Positions 9,113 to 19,328 of a stretch of DNA of 64,000 nt are shown one piece after another. Numbering within the stretch: the stretch's first letter is position 1; every line of letters begins with the position of its first letter. The notes below the pieces were generated by a model that saw only the letters and a list, made by a program, of their open reading frames with translations, was not told the DNA's origin and ran no database searches. The stretch is taken from the NCBI GenBank assembly GCA_965242865.1, contig CBDETK010000013.1, forward strand, positions 4,256,001 through 4,320,000, given 5' to 3'. The translations under genes were made by a program, and so were the position numbers. This stretch comes from Candidatus Latescibacterota bacterium (GTDB lineage Bacteria; Latescibacterota; UBA2968; UBA8231).

Positions 9113-12100
9113 ATGACCAAGTTTGCAGGTGTTTTTTGCGTCCTGCTCGCGCTGAGTGTGGCGCCGGCCGAGGCCAGTACCGGCGGCAAAATCGCCGGGG
9201 TCGTCAAGGATGCCACCACCGGCGATGGGTTGCCCCAAGCCAATGTCGCGGTGGTAGGGACCAAGCTGGGGACCACGGCCGACGAAAAGGGCCGCTTCTT
9301 CATCCTCAACGTGCCGGCCGGCACCTACGCCCTCAAGGCCACGTATATCGGCTATGCGGATTATACCGTCGAAGATGTGCGGGTTTCTACTGACCTGACT
9401 ACGAAGCTCGACATCGACCTGACTTCTGCGGACATCCAAGTCGAGGAAGTCGTCATCCGGGCCGAGCGGCCGATCATCGACAAAAACGCCACCAATGCGG
9501 TGCGGATTGTCGGAGCCGAAGACCTAGAGATTCTGCCGTTTAGAGGCGTCAGCCAAGTCTTGTCCCTGCAAGCGGGCGTGGTTGAAGACGAGGGGGCGTT
9601 GCACATCCGCGGCTCGCGCTCCGACGAAATTGGCTATTACGTCGATGGAGCCAGCGTCCGCAACATAATCACCGGCAGCTTTGCGGTCGGCCTAATTGAC
9701 GAAGCCCTAGAGGAAGTTCAGCTACAGGCTGGCGGCTTCAACGCCGAGTACGGCGGAGCCAACGCCGGCATCGTCTTGCAAGAGCTCCGCACCGGGGGCC
9801 ACGATTGGGACTTTACGATCGTGGCCGAGTCGGACAATTTCACTTCCGACTTTGAGCAGCGGTTCGGCACGTACTCTTATGGCTATTCCAACCAAGTGAT
9901 CACGGCTGGCGGCCCGGTCGCGGGCAACCAAAACATCCGCGCCTTTGTCGCCGGTCAGCGCAGGAGCGTGGACTATCGCCCGACCTACTGGTCGGGGTTT
10001 GAGTTTGAGAATTTGGTGGATACGGGCAATCGCCAAGGGCGCGTCCATTGGGCCGAAGACGAGGAAGGCAATCCCATCCCAGACGAGGTCGAGCGGCTGG
10101 AGGTCAAGCCGGGCAACATCCCGCACACCGGCAGATCGCTCCTCGACTTCAACGGCACCCTGCACTTCAACTACAATCCCATCCTGTTGCGGGTCACGGG
10201 CCTGCATTCCATCGAGGACCGCGAACTCAACATCAACCCCGTCAAAAACATCCTCAACCAAGAACGCCTCAACGAGCGGACGCTTTCTTCTAGCTTGGTC
10301 AACGTAAAGGCCATTCACTTGCTCGACCCGAGCCTGTTCTACGAAATGAATGTCAGTTTCTACAATCAGGGGCGGGAGAGTTTTGACGGGGTGTTCAAAG
10401 AGCGTTGGTGGGTGTACAACGACAGCGTGGCCGTGCAGCGCGCCCTCGAAGGCGGCCCGGAGTACACCCCCTATACGGCCAACGGCTCGATCCCCGAGCC
10501 GTACGACCTGAGCGGGTTTCCGTTCAATCGCCCGGGCTCGCCGACCAATTCTGCAACGGGCAACAGCACGGGTGCTTGGTACGACAAGGAACAGGACCGC
10601 TATTGGGGCTTGGCTGGCAGCATTACCAAGCAGACCGCGGTCCATCAACTCAAGGCCGGCTTCGACTACCAGAGGTGGACGTCGCGCCGCCACGCCATCT
10701 TCAACGGGTCCATTCGCTCGGGCATCGCCGCGACCTACCCCAAGCTAGACGCAGTGTACCAGCGGTACTACCGCGGCGAGCTCGCCGAGGGCGCGATCCT
10801 CAACGCGCTGATCGAAACCGCCGATACCCTGTCCGAAGGCGAGGGGAGCCTCGACGACCTCAGGCGGTTTTTGCGCCGCAGTTCGGGCGACTTTTTTGGC
10901 TACGACGAGTTTGGCCGCTCCATTGAGTCGTCGGGCGACCCCCTGCAAAACCCGCGCGAGCCCGTGGTCGGCTCGGCTTTTGTCCAAGACAAGATCGAAT
11001 ACAACGATCTGATCATCAACGCCGGGTTGCGCTTGGATTACTTTGATGCGGCGAGTTGGCGCTTTGTCGATCAATCGGCGCCGGTGATTGACAAACAGGA
11101 GCGCACCTTGGTGATCGAAAACTCGGCCGGCACCTATATGGAAAAGACGCCGGCCTATACGGAGATCAGCCCGCGCTTGGGCTTTTCGTTCCCAGTGTCG
11201 GATATAACGGTCTTTCACGTGCAGTACGGGCGCTTCTCCCAGATGCCGCGGATGCGCGATATGTTCACCGGCGGGGCGCGGCTGGCAGTGGAGTTGGGGG
11301 GGCAAAACTTCATCCTCACGCCCACGGCCTTTGACATTGAGCCGGTGCGCACGACCCAGTACGAAATTGGCTTTGAGCGTCAGTTTGCGGATTTTGCCTC
11401 GTTTGACGTGACGAGTTTTTACCGCGACATCAAGGGCCAGCTCCAAATCCGGCGGCAAGAGGTGTCGGGCAACGCAGTGGAGGCCGGCTCGTTTACGTAC
11501 TTGCAAAACGGCGACTTCGCCACGACCAAGGGCCTTGAGTTCCAGTTTAAGGTGCGGCGGATCAACCGCCTGCGGGCCGAGTTGAACTACACCCTGTCCG
11601 ACGCGCGCGGCACCGGTTCGACCCTGACCTCGGCGCAATCGGGCGCGGAGAACGACACGGACGTGCCGACGATCATCTCGCCGCTCGACTTCAACCAGAC
11701 GCACCGCGGCGCCCTGTTTTTGGACTATCGCTTTGCCGACAACGAGGAGAACTCGCTCGTCCGCCGCTTGGGGGCCAACCTGCTGGCGCGTTTTGCCAGC
11801 GGCTACAACTTCACGCTGGTAGATGGTTCAATCGGCCAGCGCGGGCCGGAAGAAGGCGGCATTCTCGCCAGCGATGACTCGCGCTCGCGCAAGCCGGTTG
11901 AATCCATCAATCGCTCTACGACGCCTTGGACCTTCCGGGTCGACCTGCGGATCGACAAGGGCTTTTCGCTCTACGGGGTCAATGCCCAGATTTACGCGTA
12001 CGTGCAAAACCTGTTCAACCGCAAGAACGTGATTAACGTGTACGGCCGGACCGGCAGCGACAAGGACGACGGCTTTTTGACGAATCCAGACCTGAGCCAG

Positions 12101-12250
12101 CAGATCGTCGAAGCCAGCGGCGGCTTGCAGTACCAGCAGCTCTACGAGGCGATCAACTTGCTCAACCGCCAGCACTACTGGTCCACCGAAGGCGGCGACA
12201 TTTACGACGCCCCGCGGCAGCTCCGCTTCGGGCTACAATTCGACTTCTAG
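9113..12250 (+). CDS. TonB-dependent receptor with N-terminal carboxypeptidase-regulatory-like domain
   Basis: SD AGGAGG; signal peptide; GKIAGVVKD...YIGY; plug motif HIRGSRSDEIGYYVDG...GGFNAEYG; SPRLGFSFP; C-terminal PRQLRFGLQFDF. Confidence 0.93.
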   Translation: MTKFAGVFCVLLALSVAPAEASTGGKIAGVVKDATTGDGLPQANVAVVGTKLGTTADEKGRFFILNVPAGTYALKATYIGYADYTVEDVRVSTDLTTKLDIDLTSADIQVEEVVIRAERPIIDKNATNAVRIVGAEDLEILPFRGVSQVLSLQAGVVEDEGALHIRGSRSDEIGYYVDGASVRNIITGSFAVGLIDEALEEVQLQAGGFNAEYGGANAGIVLQELRTGGHDWDFTIVAESDNFTSDFEQRFGTYSYGYSNQVITAGGPVAGNQNIRAFVAGQRRSVDYRPTYWSGFEFENLVDTGNRQGRVHWAEDEEGNPIPDEVERLEVKPGNIPHTGRSLLDFNGTLHFNYNPILLRVTGLHSIEDRELNINPVKNILNQERLNERTLSSSLVNVKAIHLLDPSLFYEMNVSFYNQGRESFDGVFKERWWVYNDSVAVQRALEGGPEYTPYTANGSIPEPYDLSGFPFNRPGSPTNSATGNSTGAWYDKEQDRYWGLAGSITKQTAVHQLKAGFDYQRWTSRRHAIFNGSIRSGIAATYPKLDAVYQRYYRGELAEGAILNALIETADTLSEGEGSLDDLRRFLRRSSGDFFGYDEFGRSIESSGDPLQNPREPVVGSAFVQDKIEYNDLIINAGLRLDYFDAASWRFVDQSAPVIDKQERTLVIENSAGTYMEKTPAYTEISPRLGFSFPVSDITVFHVQYGRFSQMPRMRDMFTGGARLAVELGGQNFILTPTAFDIEPVRTTQYEIGFERQFADFASFDVTSFYRDIKGQLQIRRQEVSGNAVEAGSFTYLQNGDFATTKGLEFQFKVRRINRLRAELNYTLSDARGTGSTLTSAQSGAENDTDVPTIISPLDFNQTHRGALFLDYRFADNEENSLVRRLGANLLARFASGYNFTLVDGSIGQRGPEEGGILASDDSRSRKPVESINRSTTPWTFRVDLRIDKGFSLYGVNAQIYAYVQNLFNRKNVINVYGRTGSDKDDGFLTNPDLSQQIVEASGGLQYQQLYEAINLLNRQHYWSTEGGDIYDAPRQLRFGLQFDF

Positions 12251-12279
12251 CTAGCCGCTTAAAAGCGAGGAAGCACACC

Positions 12280-15200
12280 ATGCGAAAACTCATTTTTGGA
12301 ATGATAGCGGCGGGGCTGGTGGTCGGCGCGGCCGAGGCGCGCGAGCCGTTTTACGGCCGGGCGGCCAAAGCCCTCCAAGAGAAGGAGGACAAGGACAAGG
12401 TCTCGACCGAGCGGACGCTGCTCAACATCAACAACATGGCCATGTGGATCAAGAGCGATGGTGCGTCGGCTCACAACCCGATCACCGGCGGCGCGGGCGT
12501 GACGTTTCCGCGCTCGACCGACCAAGTCATCTTTCAGGACGGCCTTATTTGGGGCGGGCGGGTCATGGACGGCAATCCACAGGAGGTGCGCGTCGGCGGC
12601 CAGACCTATGCCATTGGCACGGTCCCGGGCGTCATTGAGTCGAAAGGCGTGGCTCAAGACCGCGCTGCGGCGCGCCTGTACCGAATTCGCCGCGACTGGG
12701 CGACCGCGGATTTGCGGCTCGACGCCTCCGAGATCTTCAACAAGGGCCTGAGCGAAGTCTCCGCGGCTAATGAGGATTCCGTGCGCGCCCGATACGAGCG
12801 CGACTGGCTGGAGTGGCCGGCCGAGTTGGGTGCTCCCTTTTACGACAACGACGGAGACGGGCAGTACGACCCCGCGGTGGACGAGCCGGGGTTGGCCAAT
12901 GCCGATCAAGTGATCTGGTTCGCGGTCAACGATTTGGACCCAGGGGCTGTCGCTGGCCTCTACGGCGCCCTGCCGATTGGCATGGAGACGCAGGTGACGC
13001 TGTGGGGGTACGCCCGCACGGACGCGCTGGGCGACGCGATCTTTAAGAAGTACAAGGTCATTTACAAGGGCACCGAGAGTACGCCGGACACGGCGCGCGT
13101 TGAGGACATGTACTTCGCTCAGTGGTCCGATCCGGACTTGGGCGACTTTGGCGACGACTTTGCCGGGGCCGATGTCGATTTGAGCCTCGGGTACGTGTAC
13201 AACTCAATTGACGACGACTCCCATTACGTGGACTTTGGGCTGGCACCGCCGGCCGCGGGCTACGACTTTTTGCAAGGTCCGATTGTGCCGGTGCATGTCC
13301 TTGACGCGGAGGGGAATGTCGCCGTGGATGAAGAAGGCAACCCACTGCTCGACGAGAGCTCGGTGGCGATCTTCAACGACGGGCTGAGGCCCGGGTACAA
13401 AAATTTGCCGATGACTGCGTTTGTGTACTTTGCGGCGGGGTCGTCAGTTGACGACCCGGACTTGCGAGCGTACGACGGAACCTTGCAGTGGTACAACCTG
13501 CTGCAAGGCTTCAAGCCGCAGGCCAACATCGACAAGCCCGTGCCCTACACCAATCCGCTGACCAACGAGGACACCAAGTTCACGCTTGCCGGCGACCCAA
13601 CGCGGGCCACGGGCTGGAACGACGGAGTCCCCTTGCCGGCCGGCGACCGGCGCATCGTAATGGCGACCGGCCCGTTTGAGATGGCGTTGGGCGACACGCA
13701 AGAAGTAGTGGTCGCTCTGCTGGGCGGCATTTCTACCGACCGCCTGCGCAGCGTCTCCAAGCTCAAGTTCACGGACCAGTTCGTGCAGGACGCGTACAAC
13801 AGCTTCTTTGAGGTTCCCAAGCCGCCGGCTCCGCCCAATGTTCGCGTCGTTGAGCTGGATCAGACGATCGTCTTGGACTGGGGCTGGGACGACGAGTCGA
13901 TAAAGGCCGCGGAAGGCGAGGGCTCCCCCGGCTTTGATTTTGAAGGCTACAACGTCTATCAGTTGCCCTCGGCCGAAGCCACGCTTTCCCAAGGGGTCAA
14001 GGTGGCGACCTTTGATATTGAAAACGGCGTGACCGCGATCTTGGGCATTGACCTAGACGACGAGTCGGGTGTGGTGCTCGACGTGCCTCTACAGATCGGT
14101 GCCGACTTTGGGCTCAAGCGCAATATCAAGATCACCCAAGACCGCATCCGCAGCGGTCCGTTGGTCAACGGCCAGCGCTACTACTTTGCGGTGACGGCCT
14201 ACAACCGCGCCACGGCCGGAGGGGCCACCACCACGCTGGAAAGTGCGCCGCAAAACTTGATCTGCGTACCGCAGGAGCCGCCGCCGGGCACTCGCTATTT
14301 CAGCAAGGCCGCCGCCGCGATAGTCGCCGAGCACATTGCCGGTGGCAGCGATGGTGGGGTCGTGGTCACTGTAGTTGATCCGACGAGAACCACCGGGCAC
14401 GACTACGCGATCGAATACGCTGCTGACGCCGACGGCAACACGGTGTGGAATCTGATCGACAAGACTAGCGGTCAGACTCTGTTGGCCGATCAGACCGATC
14501 AGGCTGGCAAGGTCCTCTATGTTGAGGCTGCCGGCATTGAGGTCGCGGTTTCTGGTCCGCCGGCTGGCATGAAGAGTTGGGCCGGGCCGGCCATGCCGTT
14601 TGAGGCTTGGAAGGCTTCGGCTGAAGCGGCCGACTTGACGGGCGATGGCCAGATCGACGCCGCCGATTTCGCACAGGCCGTTGATCACGCCAGCGACACG
14701 CGCTGGTTCACTTGGGCTGGCGGCTCCAATAGCTGGGGTGCCGAAGGCTTCCAAGGCGCGATGACCGGCGATCCCAACCGCCAGTGGTTCGCGCCCACCA
14801 CGGTGACGCCCGATCAATTGCGCACGGTGGAACTGCGCTTTACAGATGTCATAGAAGAAGATGGCGAAGACCAGTACAAGCCGGTTGACCTCAACAACGA
14901 GAACGTCTCCTATGCCTATCGCTACTTGCGGGGGGCTGGAGCGGACCCGCCGGCACTCGCCACCCTGACGACCACGACGAACCCGTGGGACTTTGGCCAG
15001 TACATCATCAATACCGAAGGCCCGGGCGTGTACGTCTATCAAGACCGGCGGCCGATCGCGCTGTCGGCTTGGGATATTGAGAGCGATCCGCCGCGCCGCC
15101 TCGAAGTGGCCTTCCTCGAAAACAACCAACCCGGCGGCTTGGTCAACGGCGCGTACGGACCGCCTTGGTACGATGTGGTGAGCAATATCGCTGGGGCCGG

Positions 15201-15801
15201 ACCACGCGAGTGGCTGTTCATCTTTGATTTGGACTACACGGACCCCAACCAAGGCGAGAACAGCGACATCTTGTTGCGGAACGGTTTGATTCACGATGGA
15301 GGCGAAAACGAGGAATACCTGCCCTTCATGTGGATCATCTTTTCTGAGCGGCGGCGCGAAGACGACTTTCCCTCCAACGGCGACTCCTTCCTGCTCGTCG
15401 CCAACCACGTCAACACCCCAGCCGACCGCTTCGCGTTTACGATCTTAGGGTCGGAAAGCGGCGACGCCTTTCTAGCCGAGGACATCAAAAAGATCAACGT
15501 TTTCCCCAATCCCTACTTAGGGGTCAACACGGCGGAGACCAGCCGCTTTAGCCACTTTGTGACCTTCAGCCACCTGCCGCCCAAGGCGAATATCCGCATC
15601 TTCGACCTGAGCGGAACGCTGGTGCGGACGATTGAGAAAGACGATCCGTCGCAGTTCACGCGCTGGGACCTGCAAAACCACAACGAACTGCCGGTAGCCA
15701 GCGGCATGTACATCGCCCATATCGAGCTGCCGGGGACCGGCATGACCCGCGTCCTCAAGCTGGCCATCATTCAAGAGCAGCAGTTCTTGGAGAATTTCTA
15801 G
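12280..15801 (+). CDS. Large secreted protein with T9SS type A-like C-terminal domain
   Basis: Signal peptide; acidic Ca-loop motifs; Fn3-like region (FEGYNVYQ...NGQRYYFAVTAY); C-terminus INVFPNPY...IRIFDLSGTLVRTI...WDL...VASGMYI...KLAII. Confidence 0.85.
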   Translation: MRKLIFGMIAAGLVVGAAEAREPFYGRAAKALQEKEDKDKVSTERTLLNINNMAMWIKSDGASAHNPITGGAGVTFPRSTDQVIFQDGLIWGGRVMDGNPQEVRVGGQTYAIGTVPGVIESKGVAQDRAAARLYRIRRDWATADLRLDASEIFNKGLSEVSAANEDSVRARYERDWLEWPAELGAPFYDNDGDGQYDPAVDEPGLANADQVIWFAVNDLDPGAVAGLYGALPIGMETQVTLWGYARTDALGDAIFKKYKVIYKGTESTPDTARVEDMYFAQWSDPDLGDFGDDFAGADVDLSLGYVYNSIDDDSHYVDFGLAPPAAGYDFLQGPIVPVHVLDAEGNVAVDEEGNPLLDESSVAIFNDGLRPGYKNLPMTAFVYFAAGSSVDDPDLRAYDGTLQWYNLLQGFKPQANIDKPVPYTNPLTNEDTKFTLAGDPTRATGWNDGVPLPAGDRRIVMATGPFEMALGDTQEVVVALLGGISTDRLRSVSKLKFTDQFVQDAYNSFFEVPKPPAPPNVRVVELDQTIVLDWGWDDESIKAAEGEGSPGFDFEGYNVYQLPSAEATLSQGVKVATFDIENGVTAILGIDLDDESGVVLDVPLQIGADFGLKRNIKITQDRIRSGPLVNGQRYYFAVTAYNRATAGGATTTLESAPQNLICVPQEPPPGTRYFSKAAAAIVAEHIAGGSDGGVVVTVVDPTRTTGHDYAIEYAADADGNTVWNLIDKTSGQTLLADQTDQAGKVLYVEAAGIEVAVSGPPAGMKSWAGPAMPFEAWKASAEAADLTGDGQIDAADFAQAVDHASDTRWFTWAGGSNSWGAEGFQGAMTGDPNRQWFAPTTVTPDQLRTVELRFTDVIEEDGEDQYKPVDLNNENVSYAYRYLRGAGADPPALATLTTTTNPWDFGQYIINTEGPGVYVYQDRRPIALSAWDIESDPPRRLEVAFLENNQPGGLVNGAYGPPWYDVVSNIAGAGPREWLFIFDLDYTDPNQGENSDILLRNGLIHDGGENEEYLPFMWIIFSERRREDDFPSNGDSFLLVANHVNTPADRFAFTILGSESGDAFLAEDIKKINVFPNPYLGVNTAETSRFSHFVTFSHLPPKANIRIFDLSGTLVRTIEKDDPSQFTRWDLQNHNELPVASGMYIAHIELPGTGMTRVLKLAIIQEQQFLENF

Positions 15802-15823
15802 GGGAGCAACAGGAGGCCATTCC

Positions 15824-16852
15824 ATGCTTCGATACAAACTTTGCATCTCGACGATTCTGTTGGTGCTGGGGGCTGGCGTAGCGCACGCCGATGGCTACGA
15901 CCGCGCCGGTACGGCCGCGGCCCCGGAACTGCTGATTCCGGTTGGTGCCCGCGACATGGCCTTGGGCGGTGCCGCGATCGCCACCAGCTCCGGGCTGGAA
16001 GCCTTGCACTGGAACCCGGCCGGGCTGTCCAAGTCCGAAGCCAACGCGGGCATCCTGTTCTCGACGATGTCTTATCTGGCAGCCACCCGCATCAACTATC
16101 TGGCTACCGGCGCCCATTTCGAGAGCGTCGGCTCGCTGGCTTTCGACATCAAGGCCCTGAGCTTAGGCGAAATCCCGGTGACGACCGAGGCCAATCCCGA
16201 CGGCACCGGGGCGACGTTTTCGCCGACGTTCTTCACGCTGGGCCTGACCTTTGCCCGGGAACTGACCGACCGCATTGCCGTCGGCTTCACCGGCCACTAC
16301 ATAGTCAACCGCATCGTCCGGGTCGAGGCCACGGCCGCCTCGCTGAGTGCCGGTCTGCAATACGCCAATTTGGGCGGGATTGCCGGCTTGGACTTGGGCA
16401 TCGCGCTCAAGCACATTGGGACGCGGATGCAGTTTGGCGGTTCCGGCCTGTTGCGTCGCGGCCAGATTGACGGAGTGCGCCGCGGACCCGCTGATTACAA
16501 TGTACAGGCCAGTTCGGCCGACCTGCCCTCGACGTTTGAACTCGGCCTGAGCTACCGCTATATGCCCGCGAGTCTAGGGGCGCTCAACGTGTCCTCGGTC
16601 TTCCGGCACAACAACTTCGCCTACGACCAGTACCGATTGGGGGCCGAGTATCTGGTGAGCGATTTCTTGGCTCTGCGTGCGGGCTTTGATTACGCGCCCA
16701 ATTCGACCGACGACTACATCTACGGCACCAGCTTCGGCTTTGGCTTGAACCTAGCGGCCGGGACGCTCAAAAATTTGCGCGTTGATTACGCCTACACGAC
16801 GGTTGATTACTTCGACGCGCTCAACACCTTTACCTTTCAGTTCGGTTTCTGA
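15824..16852 (+). CDS. PorV/PorQ (UPF0164)-family outer-membrane beta-barrel
   Basis: AAPELLIPVGARDMALGGA...ALHWNPAGL signature; alternating beta-strand pattern; C-terminal Phe. Confidence 0.88.
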   Translation: MLRYKLCISTILLVLGAGVAHADGYDRAGTAAAPELLIPVGARDMALGGAAIATSSGLEALHWNPAGLSKSEANAGILFSTMSYLAATRINYLATGAHFESVGSLAFDIKALSLGEIPVTTEANPDGTGATFSPTFFTLGLTFARELTDRIAVGFTGHYIVNRIVRVEATAASLSAGLQYANLGGIAGLDLGIALKHIGTRMQFGGSGLLRRGQIDGVRRGPADYNVQASSADLPSTFELGLSYRYMPASLGALNVSSVFRHNNFAYDQYRLGAEYLVSDFLALRAGFDYAPNSTDDYIYGTSFGFGLNLAAGTLKNLRVDYAYTTVDYFDALNTFTFQFGF

Positions 16853-16868
16853 CATAAAGGAGATTTTT

Positions 16869-18005
16869 ATGAAATTTGCAGGTTGGCTGGCGGTGCTCGT
16901 CGCGGTCGCTGGATTGGGATGTCAGAGTTCGACCATGACGGCCGCCAAGCTCTATATCAAGCAAGAGGAGCCGCAAAAGGCCCGAGAACAACTCGCCCTA
17001 GTCTTGCAGAGCGAACCCGACAATGCCGAGGCCCACTTCCTCATGGGCCAGCTCTTAGGGGACGAGGGCCGCTACGGCGAAATGGTGGCTCACTTTAATA
17101 GTTCGGCTGCGATCAGCCCCAAGTTTGAGGCCGAAATTGAGCAAACCCGCCGCCTCTACTGGGTGCGCGAGTACAATGCCGGCGTCGGCCATGCCCAAGG
17201 CGAGTCCCCGAACTACGTTTTGGCGCGGCATTCGTTTCACAACGCCACCCTCATCGACGAGGGCGCGCTCGACGCTTGGCGCAACCTCGCGTTTGTCTAT
17301 TACCAGACCGACAGCACGGATGCGGCCATTGCCACGTACCAGCGGATCGCGTCGGCCGCGCCAGAAGACGCCCGCGCCTTTTTCAACTTAGGGTCGCTCT
17401 ACTTGCAAGAGGGACGGCTCAATGAGGCCATCCGCGCCTTGTCGCAGGGGGTCAAGATCGATCCCGAAAACCTCAACGGCCTGACCAATCTCGCCCAAGC
17501 CCAAGCCCAAGCCGAGGACTACGAGAACGCCGAGGCCAATTATCGCAAGATCATTGAGCAAACCCCGGATGATTTCAGGCCCTACTTTAACTTGGGCAAC
17601 CTCTACTGGCAGCAAGAAAAATATGCGGCGGCGAAGCGGGCTTATGAGCAGGTTCTGGCGTTTGAACCGGACGATGGGGGGACGGGGGACGATGGGGATG
17701 GGCGCGACGATGGGGACGGTACAGCGCACGACACGGGTACAGCGCACGACACGGGGGCTGCGGACACGCGCGACACGCACGACACAGGGGTCGTGCGCTA
17801 CGTGGATGCGCGTTACAATCTTGCTATGGTTTATTTGGCTACTGGTGATAGGGATGGGGCGTTGCCGTTTTTGGAGCAGCTCGCCGAGCAAATGCCAGAC
17901 AATGCGCTGGTGTGGATGCACTTGGGCACGGTTTATGCCCACAAGGATTTGGTCGAGAAGAGCGAGGCGGCGTTTGCGCGGGCCGCGGAACTAGAACGGG
18001 AATAA
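16869..18005 (+). CDS. TPR-repeat lipoprotein
   Basis: SD AAGGAG and ATG at 16869; lipobox GLGC; repeated TPR consensus (AHFLMG, AWRNLA, AFFNLG, PYFNLG, ARYNLA). Confidence 0.85.
   Translation: MKFAGWLAVLVAVAGLGCQSSTMTAAKLYIKQEEPQKAREQLALVLQSEPDNAEAHFLMGQLLGDEGRYGEMVAHFNSSAAISPKFEAEIEQTRRLYWVREYNAGVGHAQGESPNYVLARHSFHNATLIDEGALDAWRNLAFVYYQTDSTDAAIATYQRIASAAPEDARAFFNLGSLYLQEGRLNEAIRALSQGVKIDPENLNGLTNLAQAQAQAEDYENAEANYRKIIEQTPDDFRPYFNLGNLYWQQEKYAAAKRAYEQVLAFEPDDGGTGDDGDGRDDGDGTAHDTGTAHDTGAADTRDTHDTGVVRYVDARYNLAMVYLATGDRDGALPFLEQLAEQMPDNALVWMHLGTVYAHKDLVEKSEAAFARAAELERE
17718..17753. repeat. 18-bp perfect tandem repeat x2 (GGTACAGCGCACGACACG) inside a low-complexity in-frame insert
   Basis: Directly visible; encodes GTAHDT twice. 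Confidence 0.9.
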
Positions 18006-18032
18006 ATCGAATCGCCGGTGCTGTAATCCGCC

Positions 18033-19328
18033 ATGTTGCAGTACACCATTCAGCGCATTCTGCTCGCCATCCCGACGCTCCTCGGCATCACCCTGCTGAC
18101 CTTCCTGATCATGCGTTTGGCGCCCGGCGACCCGGTCGATCTCTTCTTGGGCGGGGCCGCTGGCGGCGAAGGAATCTCCACCGACCGCCAAGCGGACGTG
18201 GAGAAGACGCGCCGGGATTTGCGCCGCCAACTCGGGCTAGACCAACCGCTACACCTCCAGTATTTGCACTGGCTTTCCAGCTTGATCTTGCGCGTGGAGG
18301 ACCTCAGCGCGTTTGACCGCGGGGCCGTGTTGGCCGACGCCGTGCTCGGGGAGCTGCCAGACGCGGCGCGGGCCGAGCTGGCCTCGCTCGAAGGGGCCGA
18401 GCGCAAGGCGCGCTTCTTGGAGCACTTTCGCGGCCGGCGTCCCGAGCGCATCGACGAGCTCGTTGAGTCGCCTTTCTGGCAGAGCCGCCTTTTCTCTCCA
18501 GTCAAAAACTACGCTTATACCGGGTCGGGCTTAGAGCTGGTGCAGACGGAGGGCTGGCGGTTGGTGACCCTGAATTTGGGCCGCTCCTTCAAAGACCAAG
18601 AACCGGTCATCGACCACCTCCTCGACCGGCTGCCGATCACGCTGGAAATCAACCTCATCAGCCTAGTCTTTGCCTACCTAATCGGCGTGCCGCTGGGCAT
18701 CGCGATTGCGGTCAAGCAGAATAGCGCTGTGGACCGCTTGGTCACCACCGGGACCTTCATGCTCTGGTCGATGCCTTCGTTTTGGGTCGGCATGCTGCTG
18801 ATCTTGTTTTTTTGCAACGAGGAGTTCTTTCACTGGTTTCCGGCCTCTGGGATCCAATCCCTAGAAGCGGGGGAAGGCTGGGGATTCTGGCGGCTGTTGA
18901 CCGACCACGCCCACCATTTGGCCCTGCCGATACTGGCTTCGACCTACGCCAGCTTCGCCGGGATCTCTCGTTACATGCGCACCAGCATGCTGGAAAATTT
19001 GCGGCTGGATTACGTGCGCACAGCCCAAGCCAAGGGCTTGCGCTACCGAGTCGTAGTGCTGCGCCACGTGCTGCGTAACTCCCTGATTCCCATCGTTACC
19101 CTGCTGGCCGGGCTTTTGCCGGGGATGATCGCCGGCTCGGTGTTTATCGAGACGATCTTCACCATTCCGGGCATGGGCTTTTTGGCCTTCCAGTCGGTCA
19201 TCGTGCGCGACTATCCCATGGCCATGGCGCTCTTCACCATTGGCTCGGCCCTGTCGCTGGCGGGTATCTTGGTGGCCGATATTCTGCTCAAGGTCGTGGA
19301 CCCGCGCATCGACTTTGCGAGGGTGTAG
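18033..19328 (+). CDS. Peptide ABC transporter permease (OppB/DppB-like)
   Basis: MLQYTIQRIL...LAPGDP, LGLDQPL..QY..W, LGRSF and EAA loop DYVRTAQAKGL...HVLRNSLIP, RDYP, DPRI. Confidence 0.93.
   Translation: MLQYTIQRILLAIPTLLGITLLTFLIMRLAPGDPVDLFLGGAAGGEGISTDRQADVEKTRRDLRRQLGLDQPLHLQYLHWLSSLILRVEDLSAFDRGAVLADAVLGELPDAARAELASLEGAERKARFLEHFRGRRPERIDELVESPFWQSRLFSPVKNYAYTGSGLELVQTEGWRLVTLNLGRSFKDQEPVIDHLLDRLPITLEINLISLVFAYLIGVPLGIAIAVKQNSAVDRLVTTGTFMLWSMPSFWVGMLLILFFCNEEFFHWFPASGIQSLEAGEGWGFWRLLTDHAHHLALPILASTYASFAGISRYMRTSMLENLRLDYVRTAQAKGLRYRVVVLRHVLRNSLIPIVTLLAGLLPGMIAGSVFIETIFTIPGMGFLAFQSVIVRDYPMAMALFTIGSALSLAGILVADILLKVVDPRIDFARV

Noticed and set aside
17676-17801. CRISPR array
   Set aside because: Short tandem coding repeats without spacers; no cas genes
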